From Blastocladiella emersonii ATCC 22665 (lineage: Eukaryota; Fungi; Blastocladiomycota), in NCBI GenBank assembly GCA_025594325.1, contig JANHCV010000005.1, positions 1,302,001-1,366,000 of the forward strand: DNA of 64,000 nucleotides, read 5' to 3'. Under the pieces are notes generated by a model. The model saw only the letters and a list, made by a program, of their open reading frames with translations, did not search any database and had not been told where the DNA came from. How positions within the stretch are numbered: the stretch's first letter is position 1; each line of letters starts with the position of its first letter. The translations under genes and the position numbers were made by a program. Below, piece by piece: positions 12,610 to 24,687 of this stretch.

Positions 12610-13814
12610 ATGACTCCCAGCAACGCGCCCAAATCGCACCATTCAGCGCGACCTCCGAGGAGCGACTTGACTGTCGGCAAGTTGGCGCTGCGGGCCTTTG
12701 AGTCGACCCGCGCCATGCCGTCGACTGACGTCGAGCAGCGACATCTCTTGTCGGGCGCCTTGTGCCGACTTCTCGAGGAGCGCCTGAGTCTTGTCCATGT
12801 CACCATCGCTCAAAGAAGCCTGCCGCGTGGTGATCCGGGGCCGGCCACGCCGCCCTCCAATGATCCTTCTTTAGCGATCTCGAGTCTCGAACGTCTTTGC
12901 TTGAGCCTCGAGGAGACGCTTCAGCGGCCGGACGCAGACGCCGCTTCGCGATCATTCTTGGTGGCAAGACGCCGGGTGTCCGCCAGCGCCAGAGCGAGCT
13001 GGACCACTTCTCGCGCTCATTGAACAAGCATAGTTCGCCACTTCCGCAATCATTCCCGACCGTCGCAAATTCATGCAACTCGACTGCCCCAACCGCGACC
13101 GATAACCCGTCATCTTCCACTGATGTACCTTTTGACGATGACGAGCTGAATGGACACTTTTCGCGCCGCTTCCTCGACTGCCAATCGCGTTTCGGGCCAG
13201 AGCTTGATCATTCGAATCTCTGGCGCACTCCGCGTGATCGTTCTCGTGACAGGTCACCCGCTCGGAAGCAGCGTGCCGACTCTCGGTCAAGATCGCCGCT
13301 GCCTCACGCATCGGGACCCGTTTCGCGGCGGTTCACAGCCCCTCGCACCTCGTCGTCCCGCGGCGGGCGGTCCCCAGCTCGCTCCAACAACGTGGATCGC
13401 GCGCACACTCATTCCTGCGCGTATTGCTTGTATTTCCCAGCGCTCCAGCCCCACGCTCACCTACACAGCCAGGCAAAATGCAAACGGGCTGCCTGCTCGT
13501 CACAAATCTCCGGATCGATTGCCTTTGCGCTCGCCGCAGCAAGGGTGACGCCGTCCAAGGTTGCTATGCAGGGCAACGACTATGCCGAGCTCATCTCGCT
13601 GTCGCTGGAACTCGCGGAAATCATCGAACAGCAGGCAAACGGCGGACCCGGCCACAAGCGCTCGCTGTCGCCCCATGAAGAGGAGTCGATTCGCCGTGCT
13701 CCGTGGTATCTCCGCGCAATTGCCGAGTTCCCGCGTGAAATGTGCGACACGCATCTTGTCCCGATCTGGAGCAGGGTCGCAGCTCTGGTCGAGAAGCGAC
13801 GCAGGAAGTCTTGA
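12610..13814 (+). pseudogene. Frame-broken orphan gene, paralog of the Gag-like gene at 30504-32120 (RS tract plus C-x2-C-x12-H-x4-C)
   Basis: Two overlapping ORFs in different frames (12610-13023 and 12897-13814) each align by eye with the 32120 ORF; knuckle CAYC-LYFPALQPHAHL-H-SQAK-C at 13416-13481; no host codon bias. An unrecognised intron cannot be excluded. Confidence 0.55.
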
Positions 13815-13922
13815 ACGGAAAATGACGGTCAGCGCGTATGTTTTGACTGAATAGACTCTGTTGCTCACTCAAAAATGAGAGCAAGGCGCTCCTGACTCAA
13901 AATGCGGCGCACCGCTCGCTGT

Positions 13923-14839
13923 GAGACGCGTTGTGTGACGCGTCGCGAAATCATGTGACATAGGCGTGACCTCGCTGATCGCGTCGCTATTGGAGCACGT
14001 TTTCGACCAGCGAGGTTCAAGTGCCATGAGCTAAGTGATCTTTGTCGCTAAGTTGCACAAACATACCTTAACAATCAGTAAATGACGCTCGGACCATGCG
14101 AAAGCCCGTCAGCTCGCTCGTATCGATTCCAGAAATAAAAAAAATCCCAAATTCACAAATCAAGCGACAAAACAGCACGTACAATCGTGCATCCCGTCCA
14201 GTCTGCCCGTCGCCAGAAGCTCATCGCGAGGTCAGAACCTGCAACTCCCACGTACGAAACATCGACATGAAAATTCGTGAGACCTGGCCATATTCCAGCA
14301 TCGGATGTCTGTGCCGGGAGCTGCGGCCAGCGAGGCATGAGTAGCCCGCCGTGCTGCGCCAAACTACAAATATGCGTGAATTCGGCCGACGTCAGGTTTG
14401 CGGCCGCTGCGAGATGTTGACTGAATCCCGTACAGCGCGAGGATGTTCCGAGGAGCCGCTTCCGTCACATCTATGTTCGTGTTTAAGGTATTGCTACGGA
14501 GTCGTTGGATGGTCGAGTGTGCGCAAAATTGACAAGGAACGGGGACTCTCCTTGGCGAATCGAGGGCTTTTTGAGCTGGGCAGAGTGCAGACGGCTGTAG
14601 CTGAACGGGTATTTCGAGCCGAAACGAGTGCTCAAACCACCATGCACTCACCGCATGCAATCCCGCTTAGTGAGGCTGGCCAAGCCGGAGAATTCATGCA
14701 CATGCAGTGAAATAGCCAGCATTATAGTTATTGAACAGCCGCCCAGTTGATGGGAAGATTGATTGCGTTGCGTTGCGAGACGCGTCTAGCGACGCGTCGC
14801 GAAATCATGTGATTAGTGCGCCACCTCCCTGATCGCGTC
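13923..14839 (+). repeat. 63-bp imperfect direct repeat, copies at 13923-13985 and 14777-14839
   Basis: Ungapped hand alignment gives 51/63 identities, including an exact 22-mer GACGCGTCGCGAAATCATGTGA and an exact 11-mer CTGATCGCGTC. Confidence 0.9.
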
Positions 14840-16460
14840 CCTTTTCGACCGTGCGAGCGAGAAAGCAAAGCGAAACGTTGCATCCTTCCGAAAACTCGTA
14901 GAGCGTTTGAGCTTTTGTCCTCACGCCGCCCGCATCCACCTGTCACCCGCATCCCCTCTCCCTTTCGTTCGCTGATCAGTTAGTTGCTGGCATTAGCCAC
15001 CAGTATAGCCTGTTGTTCTCTCGCAAACCTCTCCACCGTCTCTAATACCTTAGCCTTTTTCTCCACCAAGATCGCGTTTATCGCACCGGTCTTCTTCACC
15101 AAGAGTTACGTTTGAAGCTGCACAACAGATCACATCAACCAAGATTTGCGAGCTGTCCGTGCACCCAAGAACTCGCCGGACCATCCAAGACTGCGCTGCG
15201 ACGCACAAGGTACCAAGGGCCGCACTCGCGCGGGCGGCGCGGACTTTTCACGGCGCGCGCGCGAGTGCGGCCCAGCAGCGCGGTCAGGATCGCCGGGTGA
15301 ATCGAGTGGATCAACGGCAGCTTGGGAAAGTCAAGTGTGACATGCGTGAGTTCAAGTTTGATTCAAGGAACTCCTGGAGCGTGAAAGCCGTTAACAACGG
15401 TGTTTTAAGAGTATCGGCTGCTGAGAGAAGCAAGTCACGTTAACGTGGGCGAAAAATCATTCGCGGCAGCCGGGATAGACGATTGACATCCCCAAAAGCG
15501 TGAACCCGAATGTAAGAGATAAACAATGGGCATACGCGTGCGAGAAAATGCGATCAGCGCCGGATGAACCGGATAAGGCAGCCTTGTTGAGCGAGAACGC
15601 TTACGAGAGCCCGTTGTCGCACAAAGCACGAAACCGGTCATCGCGTGCAAGACAGCGCAGCATTGAGGTTTAAGGCTTACATCGAAGAGCTACGCAGAAG
15701 AGACAAGGTATGTGAGTACGCAGAATCGAGGAACGCTCGACCTGCCGCGACTGGGCGGTGAGTGGGGCCAGTGCCGATCACGTACCGGCGTGCATAAAGC
15801 GAGTAACATTTGGGATCGGTGCCCGTTGCCAAGTGTGTCCGAGCGAGCATGATCTACTGTGTTGCAGCTCCATCGTCCACATGCGGAGCATGCAGTCCTT
15901 GCACGTGATGTTGAACCACGGACGCCAGCAACCGCGGGGCACGGGCTCACAAGTTTCAGTTTTACAGCGCAGCAAGAGATTTCGACAGCACAGTCAGCTT
16001 CGGCCGGCGTGGAGCCGGGCAGCGGAAGACCCGAGCGGCGCCGTGACGGGCAAGTCGCCAAACGCGGCCGCCTAAGCCTCAGTACGCAGCCACGCCCATC
16101 TTAAGCACATTGCATCAGCTTCATGTGCGAATACATGCGAAAGGGTTGCAGACCGGAAGAGAGAGCGCGGCGACGCGTTGCGGACCGCGAGCCGGCCTGA
16201 GACGCGCTCACGTGATGCTCGTCGCACGCTTCCACCTAGCGGTTCGGTCGCGTCCCCTTCCTGCAGCGCACACGCAACCATAGACTCGGATTTGTAGCGC
16301 TGTGTCATCTCCGTCATGTTAGAGATGCGTTGCAGGGAGTTACTTGAAGCTGTGACCGTGTCGGTTGGCACCGCCTTGGCGAGCCTGAGGCGCTCAAGAA
16401 CTGGCCTGAATTTCGTAGCCTGTCCTCGCTCCCCGCACTGAATGTATCATAACCACCACC

Positions 16461-17350
16461 ATGACAACCACGAATGAAGACTCTACGGTCGCGCTCGCCA
16501 TGTTCGGCGACCTGCAGTCGATCATGGACGCCGAGGCCGACCGCAAAGACGTGCGTCACAGCCGCCACCGTCACTGCAGTGTCCAGGCCTCATTCTCACG
16601 CCGACCTGCGTCCACGCGTCTAGCTGATCCGCACAGCCGTCCGCGAACTCGAGCGCGAGATCCGCGGGCTGACGACCGAGCTGAGCCGCGTGCACATGGA
16701 CGTGAGCCAGGGTACTTCTGCTTCGCTCGGTCTCCTCCCTCGCTCAGCGAACTCACGCCCTCTCCCGCGTAGCATCGACCATCGCGACCGCGTCGCTCGA
16801 CCGCGTCGCAGCGATCCGCGGCAAGCTTGCGGCCGTGGCGGCGCAGGTCCCCGCGTCGCAGTTTTTCCGGTACTACCAGGGCTTCAGCAACTCGCTCTCG
16901 TCGGCGTGCGGCGCCGTGGTGCTGCGCGAGTACCTGGCGACGGGGCAGCTCGCGTCGACGGCGCTTGTCAGTGAGGCGCTCGGCGGTACGTCGCTCCCGG
17001 GCCTCGTCACCACATCCATCACTCACCTTGACCGTCGCTTAGTCCCCGTCGAAGTGACCGCCGTCGCCGGCGACGCGTTCCACGTCCCGCTCGACGACTA
17101 CCTCCTCGCCGTCGCGGGCCTGCCGTCGGACCTGTCGCGGCTGGCGGTGAACGCGGCGGCGCAGCGCGATTTCGCTCGCCCCGCGTCGATCCTGGCGTTC
17201 GTGATGCGGGTGCAGGGCGGGTTCCAGCTGCTCAACCTCAAGAACGACGGGCTGCGGCGCAAGTACGACTCGATCAAGTACGACGTGAAGAAGATCGAGG
17301 AGGTGGTGTACGATATCAAGATGCGCGGGCTCGACGCAGCGGGGAACTGA
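16461..17350 (+). CDS. TSN: Translin; exons 16461-16550, 16624-16711, 16773-16985, 17043-17350
   Basis: FHVPLDDYL...DLSRLAVN...GFQLLNLKNDGLRRKYDSIKYDVKKIEEVVYDI is the translin C-terminal signature; three GT-AG introns splice in frame. Confidence 0.93.
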
Positions 17351-17417
17351 GACATGGCATGGGATGGGTTATCACAATGTATCGATTTTGATGAAACAAC
17401 TATGACGCCTACGGCGG

Positions 17418-17910
17418 CTACCACCGGCTCCCGCTGTGCGCCGTGTACTCGTCGTGGCCGCCGCCGCTGCCGCCGTGGCGCGCACGCTTGTTGGCGTACC
17501 CGCCGCTGCCGCCGTACCCCTGCTGCTGGTACCCGCCGCCGTTGCCGTGCGGTGGTGGCGACATCGGGTCGGTACTCTCGCGGCGCCGGCGGCCCCCGCC
17601 GCTTCCACCCTGGTACGCCTGCTGCTGCTGTTGTTGGGCTGGTGGGGCCTGGTCGTACCCGCCGTTGTACCCGCCCTGCTGCTGCTGCGACTGCTGTTGC
17701 TGTGGTGGCCCGTTGTTGTACTCGTAATCTTGCCCACCACCACTCCCACCGCCGGCGTTCCGGCCCGCGCGACGCGACCCACCACCGCCGCCGCCGCCGC
17801 GGTACCCGCCGCCGCCGCCGTTGTTGGGCCCGGCCCGCGCGTTTGGTGGTGGCGAGGTGACGCCGTGGCTGCTGTTGCGCTGGTGGTGGTAGCTGTCTCG
17901 GCCGTACCCC

Positions 17911-17942
<32 letters not shown>

Positions 17943-19142
17943 CGGGAACGAGTTGCTGTCGCTGCGGCGGCTGTTGTAACCCTGCTGCTGGTGGTGGTTG
18001 CCGTACCCGTCGTTACCGTTATTGTTGCCGTAGTGGAACTGCGGCGACTGGTTGGTGTCGTTACGGTGGTGATGATGGTGGTACCCGTCGCCGCGGTCGC
18101 GGTCCCGCCCGTGGCCCTGCGGCTGGTTGGCCGGGGGCGGCGAGAACACGATGCGCTGCGACTGCTCCTCGGCCGGTGCGGGTGCAGCGGGCGGGGGCGG
18201 TGCCGCGGCAGCCGCCGCTGCGAGGGCGAGCGCGGGCGCGGGTGCGTACCCCATGGCCTGGTTGAGCTCGATCTTGATGCTGCGGTAGACCTCGAAGACG
18301 GCGGCGTCGGGGTCGGTGGTGGCGATCAGGTAGTCGAGGGCGATGTGGGCGGCGGACTGGACGTCGGCGAGATACGAGTCGAGGACGACGCGGAGCGCGG
18401 GCGGGAGGAGGGCGAGGGCGGCGTCTTCGGGCGACGCGGGGGTGAGGAGGTGCGGGTTGTCGGCGGGCAGCGCCGCCGCGGCCGCCGGGTCGATGGTGGT
18501 GAAGGTGCGTGCGGTCAGGAACAGCGCGGTGAAGGCGAGGATGTGCGGCGGGTACTCGACGACGACGCGGCACTGGTACAGGTCGTAGAGGAGCGCCCAT
18601 GCGCGGAACGCGAGCGGGCGCGGGCACTCGGCCTTCTTGGCGAGCTTGACGAGGAAGTCGAAGGGCAGCGGCAGGTTGAAGTGGAACTGAATCGCCTCCA
18701 TGATCTCCTTCTCGAGCAGCACGATGCGCAGGCGCCACCGCTGGAACCGGTCGCCGTCCGGGTCGATGTCGGCCTTGCCCTCGTGCGAGTAGTGGTACGC
18801 GCGCTGCAGCAGGTCGCGCACCTTCTTGAACGTGTCCTGCATCTTGCCGGCGACCAGCAGCGTCGCGCACGCCGCGTCCATGGTGGGGGCGGCTTCGAGC
18901 GCGCTGCCGCCAACGCGCCGGTTCGCCGCGATGGCCGCCGCGTGCGGGCCCGACGTGGCGGCGGAACCGCGCGCGGCGGCCGAGTGTAGCCCCGCCGCCC
19001 CGTTGCCGTGCAGCGACGTGACGTGGTACAGCAGCTGCGCGGCGGCCAGCGTCGGGACGGGGAACCCGACGCGCCGACCGAACTTGCGGATGAAGTTGCA
19101 CACGGACTGCGCGTGTCGCTGCGCGCCCGTGAGCTGGCCCAT
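17418..19142 (-). CDS. Cyclin of the CTD-kinase type (cyclin K/Ctk2-like) with Gln/Gly-rich C-terminal tail
   Basis: Likely start MGQLTGAQ at 19142; cyclin boxes FIRKFGRRVGFP..TLAAAQLLYH, CATLLVAGKMQDTFKKVRD, LEKEIMEAIQFHFNLPLPFDFL, AWALLYD...YPPHILA. Confidence 0.85.
17908..17943 (-). repeat. CAG/CAA trinucleotide tract (polyglutamine) in the cyclin tail
   Basis: (TGC/TGT)n on the + strand, translated as PQQQQQQQQQQQG. Confidence 0.85.
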
Positions 19143-19364
19143 GGTCGTTGATCGCGTGGTTGCAGTGAGTGTGTTTCGTTGCCGTGGAGAGCGGAGAGGG
19201 CGAGTGCGTGCTGGGGTAGGAGAGGAGATGAGGGTGAAGCGGGCGCGAGGGAAACGCCTCGCGTGACGACCACAACACTTTTTTTGCGCTCTCGTCTCCG
19301 CCACGCTCGCTCGCCTTTGCTTCTCCCCTCTCAACCCTGCTACCCTGCAACGTAACGCAACGCC

Positions 19365-20507
19365 ATGTCATCAGCACCACCCGCAGCAGCACCTGCCGCA
19401 CCACCCGCCAAACCCGCGCCCGCGCCCGCCACCGCGAAAACGGCCGCGCGCCGCGTGAACCGGAGTGGGTACGGCGGCCGCAAGTCGCACGGCGGCGGCG
19501 GGGCTCGGATCGGCGAGCACCGGTTCGAGACGTTCGGCGTGACGCCGCGCTGGGACCCGCTGCGCCTTCCCGCGCGCCACCCGTCGCAGTACGAGCACCG
19601 CACTTTCGCAGGGATCGTCGCCGCGCATGCCTCGTTCAAGGCGCGCCGCGAGCTCGAGAAGAAGCACGACGAGCGCGCCGTCAAGCTCGCTCGGCGCAAG
19701 GCGGCGCGGGTCCCCGTGCTCACCAAGTTTGACGACTCGTCGTCCGACGACGAGGAGGTGGCGGGTGTGGACGAGGCCGACCGCCTTCTCTCCGCCCGCG
19801 AGCGCCGCCGCCGCGCCCTGCTCAAGCACCCGCGCGCGTCGGTCCGCGCATCGATCTGGGCGCCGCACCCGAAGTCCGACTCGGGCATCCACTACAACGA
19901 CGAGGAGCGCGCGTGGGGCGAGGAGGACCGCGCGGCCCTCGAGCGCGTCGCCGCGACCTTCATCGACGCCGCGTGCGAGCCCGTTGACGCGCCCGTCCCT
20001 GCCGACGCTCCGCCCGTCCTCGCTGCTGCGACGGTCGTCCCCGCTGAACCCATCCGGTTGACGGGCGGCCAGCGCGAGCTCGCCAAGGCCGCCGTCATCC
20101 GCGCCACGCCGTTCCCCATGTTCGCCCGCGCCGAGCCCGTCGCGACCTGGGCACTCTCGGCGCTCCCCGCCTACGACCGCCTCGTTGCCCGCCGCAACGC
20201 CGAGCACCGCGCGCGCCGGGAAGCGGAGGTCGAGGAGGAGGCTATGGATGTGGATTCGGACGCGTCCAGCGACTCGGAATCGGCCTCGTCGTCATCCGAG
20301 GAAGAGGATAGCGACTCGGACGCGGACTCTGACTCGTCCGACGCGAGCAGCAGCAGTAGCGACGCGGAGAGCGAAGCCGAGGACGACGACCTGCCCGCCC
20401 ACATCCACTGCCACCGCCCGCCCAAGGACAAGCTGATCCACGTCGCCGCCTCGGGCAAGGTGTGCGCGGGTCTCGAGTGGCTCCCACACGCCCTGCGTGC
20501 GCGCTAA
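19365..20507 (+). CDS. Hypothetical protein, basic N-terminus and acidic Ser/Asp tract, 380 aa
   Basis: ATG-to-TAA ORF with host codon bias, divergent from the cyclin gene across about 220 bp. Confidence 0.65.
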   Translation: MSSAPPAAAPAAPPAKPAPAPATAKTAARRVNRSGYGGRKSHGGGGARIGEHRFETFGVTPRWDPLRLPARHPSQYEHRTFAGIVAAHASFKARRELEKKHDERAVKLARRKAARVPVLTKFDDSSSDDEEVAGVDEADRLLSARERRRRALLKHPRASVRASIWAPHPKSDSGIHYNDEERAWGEEDRAALERVAATFIDAACEPVDAPVPADAPPVLAAATVVPAEPIRLTGGQRELAKAAVIRATPFPMFARAEPVATWALSALPAYDRLVARRNAEHRARREAEVEEEAMDVDSDASSDSESASSSSEEEDSDSDADSDSSDASSSSSDAESEAEDDDLPAHIHCHRPPKDKLIHVAASGKVCAGLEWLPHALRAR

Positions 20508-20905
20508 TCAATCCCCTGATTCTGATATATTTATGACGTAGCACCCACCCACCCGTTGCATCGCATCGTCGTGAGTGGCGCGACGCGTCTCACGCCGCGA
20601 GACACTTCCCTCCGCCGCCGCCGCGAGACAAGATCACGCGTCTCATCACAAACGATTATGCGCGAGTCTGATCAAACGCGCACGCGAGAGACAGAGCGAA
20701 GGGTGGGCCCACCTGGTCCATGGGCGTCACCTGGCCGGCCTTGTCTGCTTCAAGCGAGGAGGAGTGCCTGGCCGTTCGCCGTTTGCTGTAGCAGTCGCCA
20801 CCACCGACGACGCCATAGCCATGCGCGCGAGCGAGAGCCGAGCGTCAAAAGGCCGCCGCTCCCCCTCGGCCCCTCTCGCTCCCTACCCTCACCCCCTCTG
20901 TAACC

Positions 20906-22294
20906 ATGGATAAACCGCTCGACATCGGCCTGACGCCCGTCCTCCTCGCCTCGGCCGACACGGGCTCCCCCGCGCGCGGCGTGTTCCCGATCCTCGCGCC
21001 GGGCGCCACCAAGGACGCGCCCGCGCCCATCTACCGCGTGTGCGCGGCCTCGGCGCTCGACACCGGATCCAACAGCCGGTTTGTCGAGGCCCCGTGCGAG
21101 CTCGACGGGATCGGGGACCCGCTCGCAGCGTGCGCTGCCGACAAGTGCGCCAAGGAGCAGGCGGCCGCGTTGCAGATGGCCACGGGGCTCCAGGCGACGG
21201 GGTTTTTCAGAGAGGAGTATCTTCGAGCGAGTACGTTACCGCTCGGACACTCGCCCTCGATCGAGCACTGACACCCATGCGCACGTCCCCCTGTAGCCAC
21301 GGTCCTCGAGGAGTGCAAGCACCGCGAGTGCCCGCACGAGGCGTGGGCGAGCAAGTCGGGCCTGTGCGTATCGCTCGAGTCCGACTACTTTATCTCGCGC
21401 AAGCTGTACCTGCCGTCGCTCCCGCCCATCCCGCGGCTGTCCTTCTACGACGGCACCAAGCTCGGCCTCAACTCGTACCGCGAGATCCACACCGAGTACC
21501 TGAAGCGGCACGACTTCCCGACCAAGCTCGCGACGCCGCCCGAGCCGCGCAACGGAACTGACAAGGGCGACAAGCCGACCACCGCGCGCCTCGGCATCTG
21601 CGTGCCGACGCTCCCGCTCGGCTTCCCGTGCGCGAAAGGCGCCGCCGACGCCGACGGCGTGATCCGCGCGACCAACGGGGTTTCGGGGATCCAGGTCACC
21701 CGGACCGCGCTGGTGCACGCGTCCGTGTCCCTGCCCGAGTCGCTGACGGACGCGCAGGCTGCGCAGTTCTTCGGCCAGGTCATGCTGGACCCCGCCGTCG
21801 CCCCCGCGACGCCGTGGCTGCTCAAGATCCCCGTACAGGGCATGGCCGCGCGCACGTACCTGCGCAGCAGCGACGCGTTCCTCGTCCCCGCGAACGTGTA
21901 CTCGGCGGGGTACTGCGCCGACGACGACGCCAAGTTCCGCGCCGCCGGGATCGAGGGCGCGAGCTGTGCGAGCTCGGCCGAGTGCGCGTTCGCCAAGTGT
22001 GTCGCGGGGAAGTGTGCGGCTGCGAGCGTGGGGAAGGGCGCGAGTACCACGCTGTACGTCGGCGACTCGGCGATGATCCACTACGCGCGCGGCGAGTTTT
22101 ATGCGTTCCGCGACTGGACGATTGGGTCGGTTGTGGTCACGGTCGTGGTCCTGCTGCTCTCTGTGTACGCCGTCAACCGGTTCAAGGTGAACCGCCGCGT
22201 CAATGTCTGGTTCGGGACTAAGCTGCCCACGGGCGCGGGGAAGTCGGAGGCGATGGAGATGAACGCGGTCGCCGCGGGGTCGAGCGGGAACTAG
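20906..22294 (+). CDS. Cys-rich protein with one C-terminal transmembrane helix; exons 20906-21230, 21297-22294
   Basis: Intron GTACGT...CTGAC...CTGTAG joins the ORFs in frame; Cys clusters (CASSAECAFAKCVAGKC); hydrophobic WTIGSVVVTVVVLLLSVYAV followed by basic NRFKVNRR. Confidence 0.65.
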
Positions 22295-22490
22295 ACGGAG
22301 AGGGAGGGTGTAGACGGATTTGTGATTGTGGCTGGTCCCGGCCGGCACACGTATAGACATGCTTCTTGTTTGCATCTCCACGCTTGATCAAAGGAATGAA
22401 AGCGCGTCGCAACGCGTCAGGTGACCGCGCAGCGCCACCACAAGCCGATCGCTCGCCCGCTCCGCGGCTCCCTCGCCACCACGAATCACC

Positions 22491-24333
22491 ATGGGGAAGC
22501 GACCGGCCGAGGCCCGCAATGTAAACTCTATGCAATCTGTTTGGAGGTCATGGACCGACCGCTGACTGCAGCGAGCGAACCGCTAGGGCGCCGGAAAGCG
22601 CTTCAAGGGCAACAAGCAGCAGAACGGCCGGCAGGCCAAGGAGTCGGCGGCCGAGGAGGAGCTGTCCCGGATCGAGTATACGTTCGACAATGGTACTCTC
22701 GGACTTGACTCGGATGTGGGCGTGGCGACTAACAGTGAGCATACGACAGGTCTCCGCCGCGTGACGCCGTACCACTACCTGTACAAGACGTTCGCCAAAC
22801 AGCGGTGGCTCGGGCACTCGCTCATCGAGACCTTCACCCGCGAGTTTGCTGACCGGCCCACCGAGTACTACGTACGAATGCTGCTCGCAGTAGCCCGCCC
22901 CCCGCGCCCGCTCACCGCCACTGCCTCGTTAGCTCAACGCCATCAAAACGGGCGGGATCCAGATCAACGGGCAGCAGGTGGACCCGTCGTACGTGATCCA
23001 GAACAGCGACATGATCACGCACCAGATCCACCGGCACGAGCCGCCCGTGGCCGCCGACCCGGTCACCATCATCGCGAGCGGCCGCGACGTCGTCGTCATC
23101 AACAAGCCCGCGAGCATCCCGGTCCACCCGACGGGACGGTACCGCCACAACACGGTGCTGCACCTCCTGCAGCGCGAGATGGGCGCGGCGGATGCGCCTG
23201 CGCCTGCGGTCCAGTCCGACGAGACTGCTGCCGCTGCGTCCGAGGAGGCGGCGAGCGAGACCAGCGCGGAAGCCGAGGCGGGACCGGTGCAGCACCCGGT
23301 CGGCCCAGCGTACTACGCGCTGCACCGGCTCGACCGGCTGACGAGCGGCGTCATGATGCTGTGCTCGGACCGGCAGAAGATTGCGCAGCTGACGGAGCAG
23401 TTCACCAAGCAGGTTGTCGGCAAGGAGTACCTATGCCGCGTCGTGGGCGAGTTCCCGAGGTACCCCTATCCCACCACCCCACCTCCCCTGCCCACTCACT
23501 CACGCACTCACCCCATCGTGTAGCGACCCCGTAACCGTCGACGCGCCGATCCAGGTGGTCTCGCACAAACTCAGCCTGAACCGGGTGCACCCGGACGGCA
23601 AACCCTCGGTGACGCACTTTGAGCGGCTCGCGTACAACGGCACGCACTCGCTCGTCCGCGCGCGCCCTGTCACGGGCCGCACGCACCAGATCCGCGTCCA
23701 CTTGCGCCACCTCGGCCATCCCATCGCCAACGACCCGCTGTACCACAACCCGACGCACCGGCACGTCGTCAAGGACCAGGACGCGTGGAACGAGGCGCGG
23801 GCGATTGCTGAGCAGGGCAAGGGCGAGCAGGAGACGGCGCCGGCGACGGCTGATGTCAAGGCGGCAACGGCAACCGAAGCGGCGGCCCGCGAAGCGCTCG
23901 AGCGGCGGTCCAAGACCGGGTTCGACGCGGTCGAGGTGGACGCGGCGACGCAGGCGTGGATCGACGCCATGGCCAAGGCCAAGGCCGACGCGGACCTGCG
24001 CGTCGTCGGCCAGTGCGACGTGTGCGGCTGCGAGTACGTTCGACACGGCGCTCTCCCTCCCTTTCGACCAGAAACTAACGCACCGCGTATAGCATGTTCG
24101 CCGACCCGACCCCCGACGACCTGCACATCTACCTGCACGCGTACAAGTACACGGTGCGCATGGACCTCGGGCTCGACGCGAGCGAGCACGTCGCGTTCGA
24201 CGCGGCCATGCACACCACGACGATCAGGTCCCCGCTCCCCGCGTGGGCGCAGTGGCCCGGCGTCGATGTCGGGGCTGATCTCGCGCCGCTCCTGATCCTC
24301 GAGGGCGCCGGGATCGAGGACGGCGGCGAGTAG
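22491..24333 (+). CDS. RluA-family pseudouridine synthase (RPUSD2/Pus9/Rib2-like), multi-exon
   Basis: LRRVTPY...KQRW, VINKPASIPVHPTGRYRHNTV, catalytic LHRLDRLTSG, PVTGRTHQIRVHLRHLGHPIANDPLY, IYLHAYKY; first exon inferred at 22491-22520. Confidence 0.9.
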
Positions 24334-24687
24334 AGCAGGGCGAGGGTGATGCGGTTGTTGATGGATGGATGGATGGAAATGGACAAGGTTTCTCGCGTTC
24401 CCTTCGCACGGCTGTGACGTGGCAGCGCGAGGGTGGAACGCGGCCTGGCGGTCGGCCCCGGTCCGTCCCGCTTGTTGACGGTCGGAGCGAGACGAGGCGG
24501 ACGAAGTGGCGCGGCGCCCGGCGATGCACCCGCCTGAGCCGACGCGCGCCGGCCGGATAAAAGCAGCGCGCGTCTCCCCTCTCCCTCTCTCCCCTCGCCA
24601 TCAACAACCAACTGTTCCATGCAATCTTTGCTCTGGGCCTTCCACCGTCCCATCCCGTAACCCCCAGCAACACCCTCGACAAGCAAG

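Noticed and set aside
13870-16100. Short ORFs in island 1 (60-123 aa) as real genes
   Set aside because: No host codon bias, no recognisable motifs, overlapping on both strands; at most decayed remnants.
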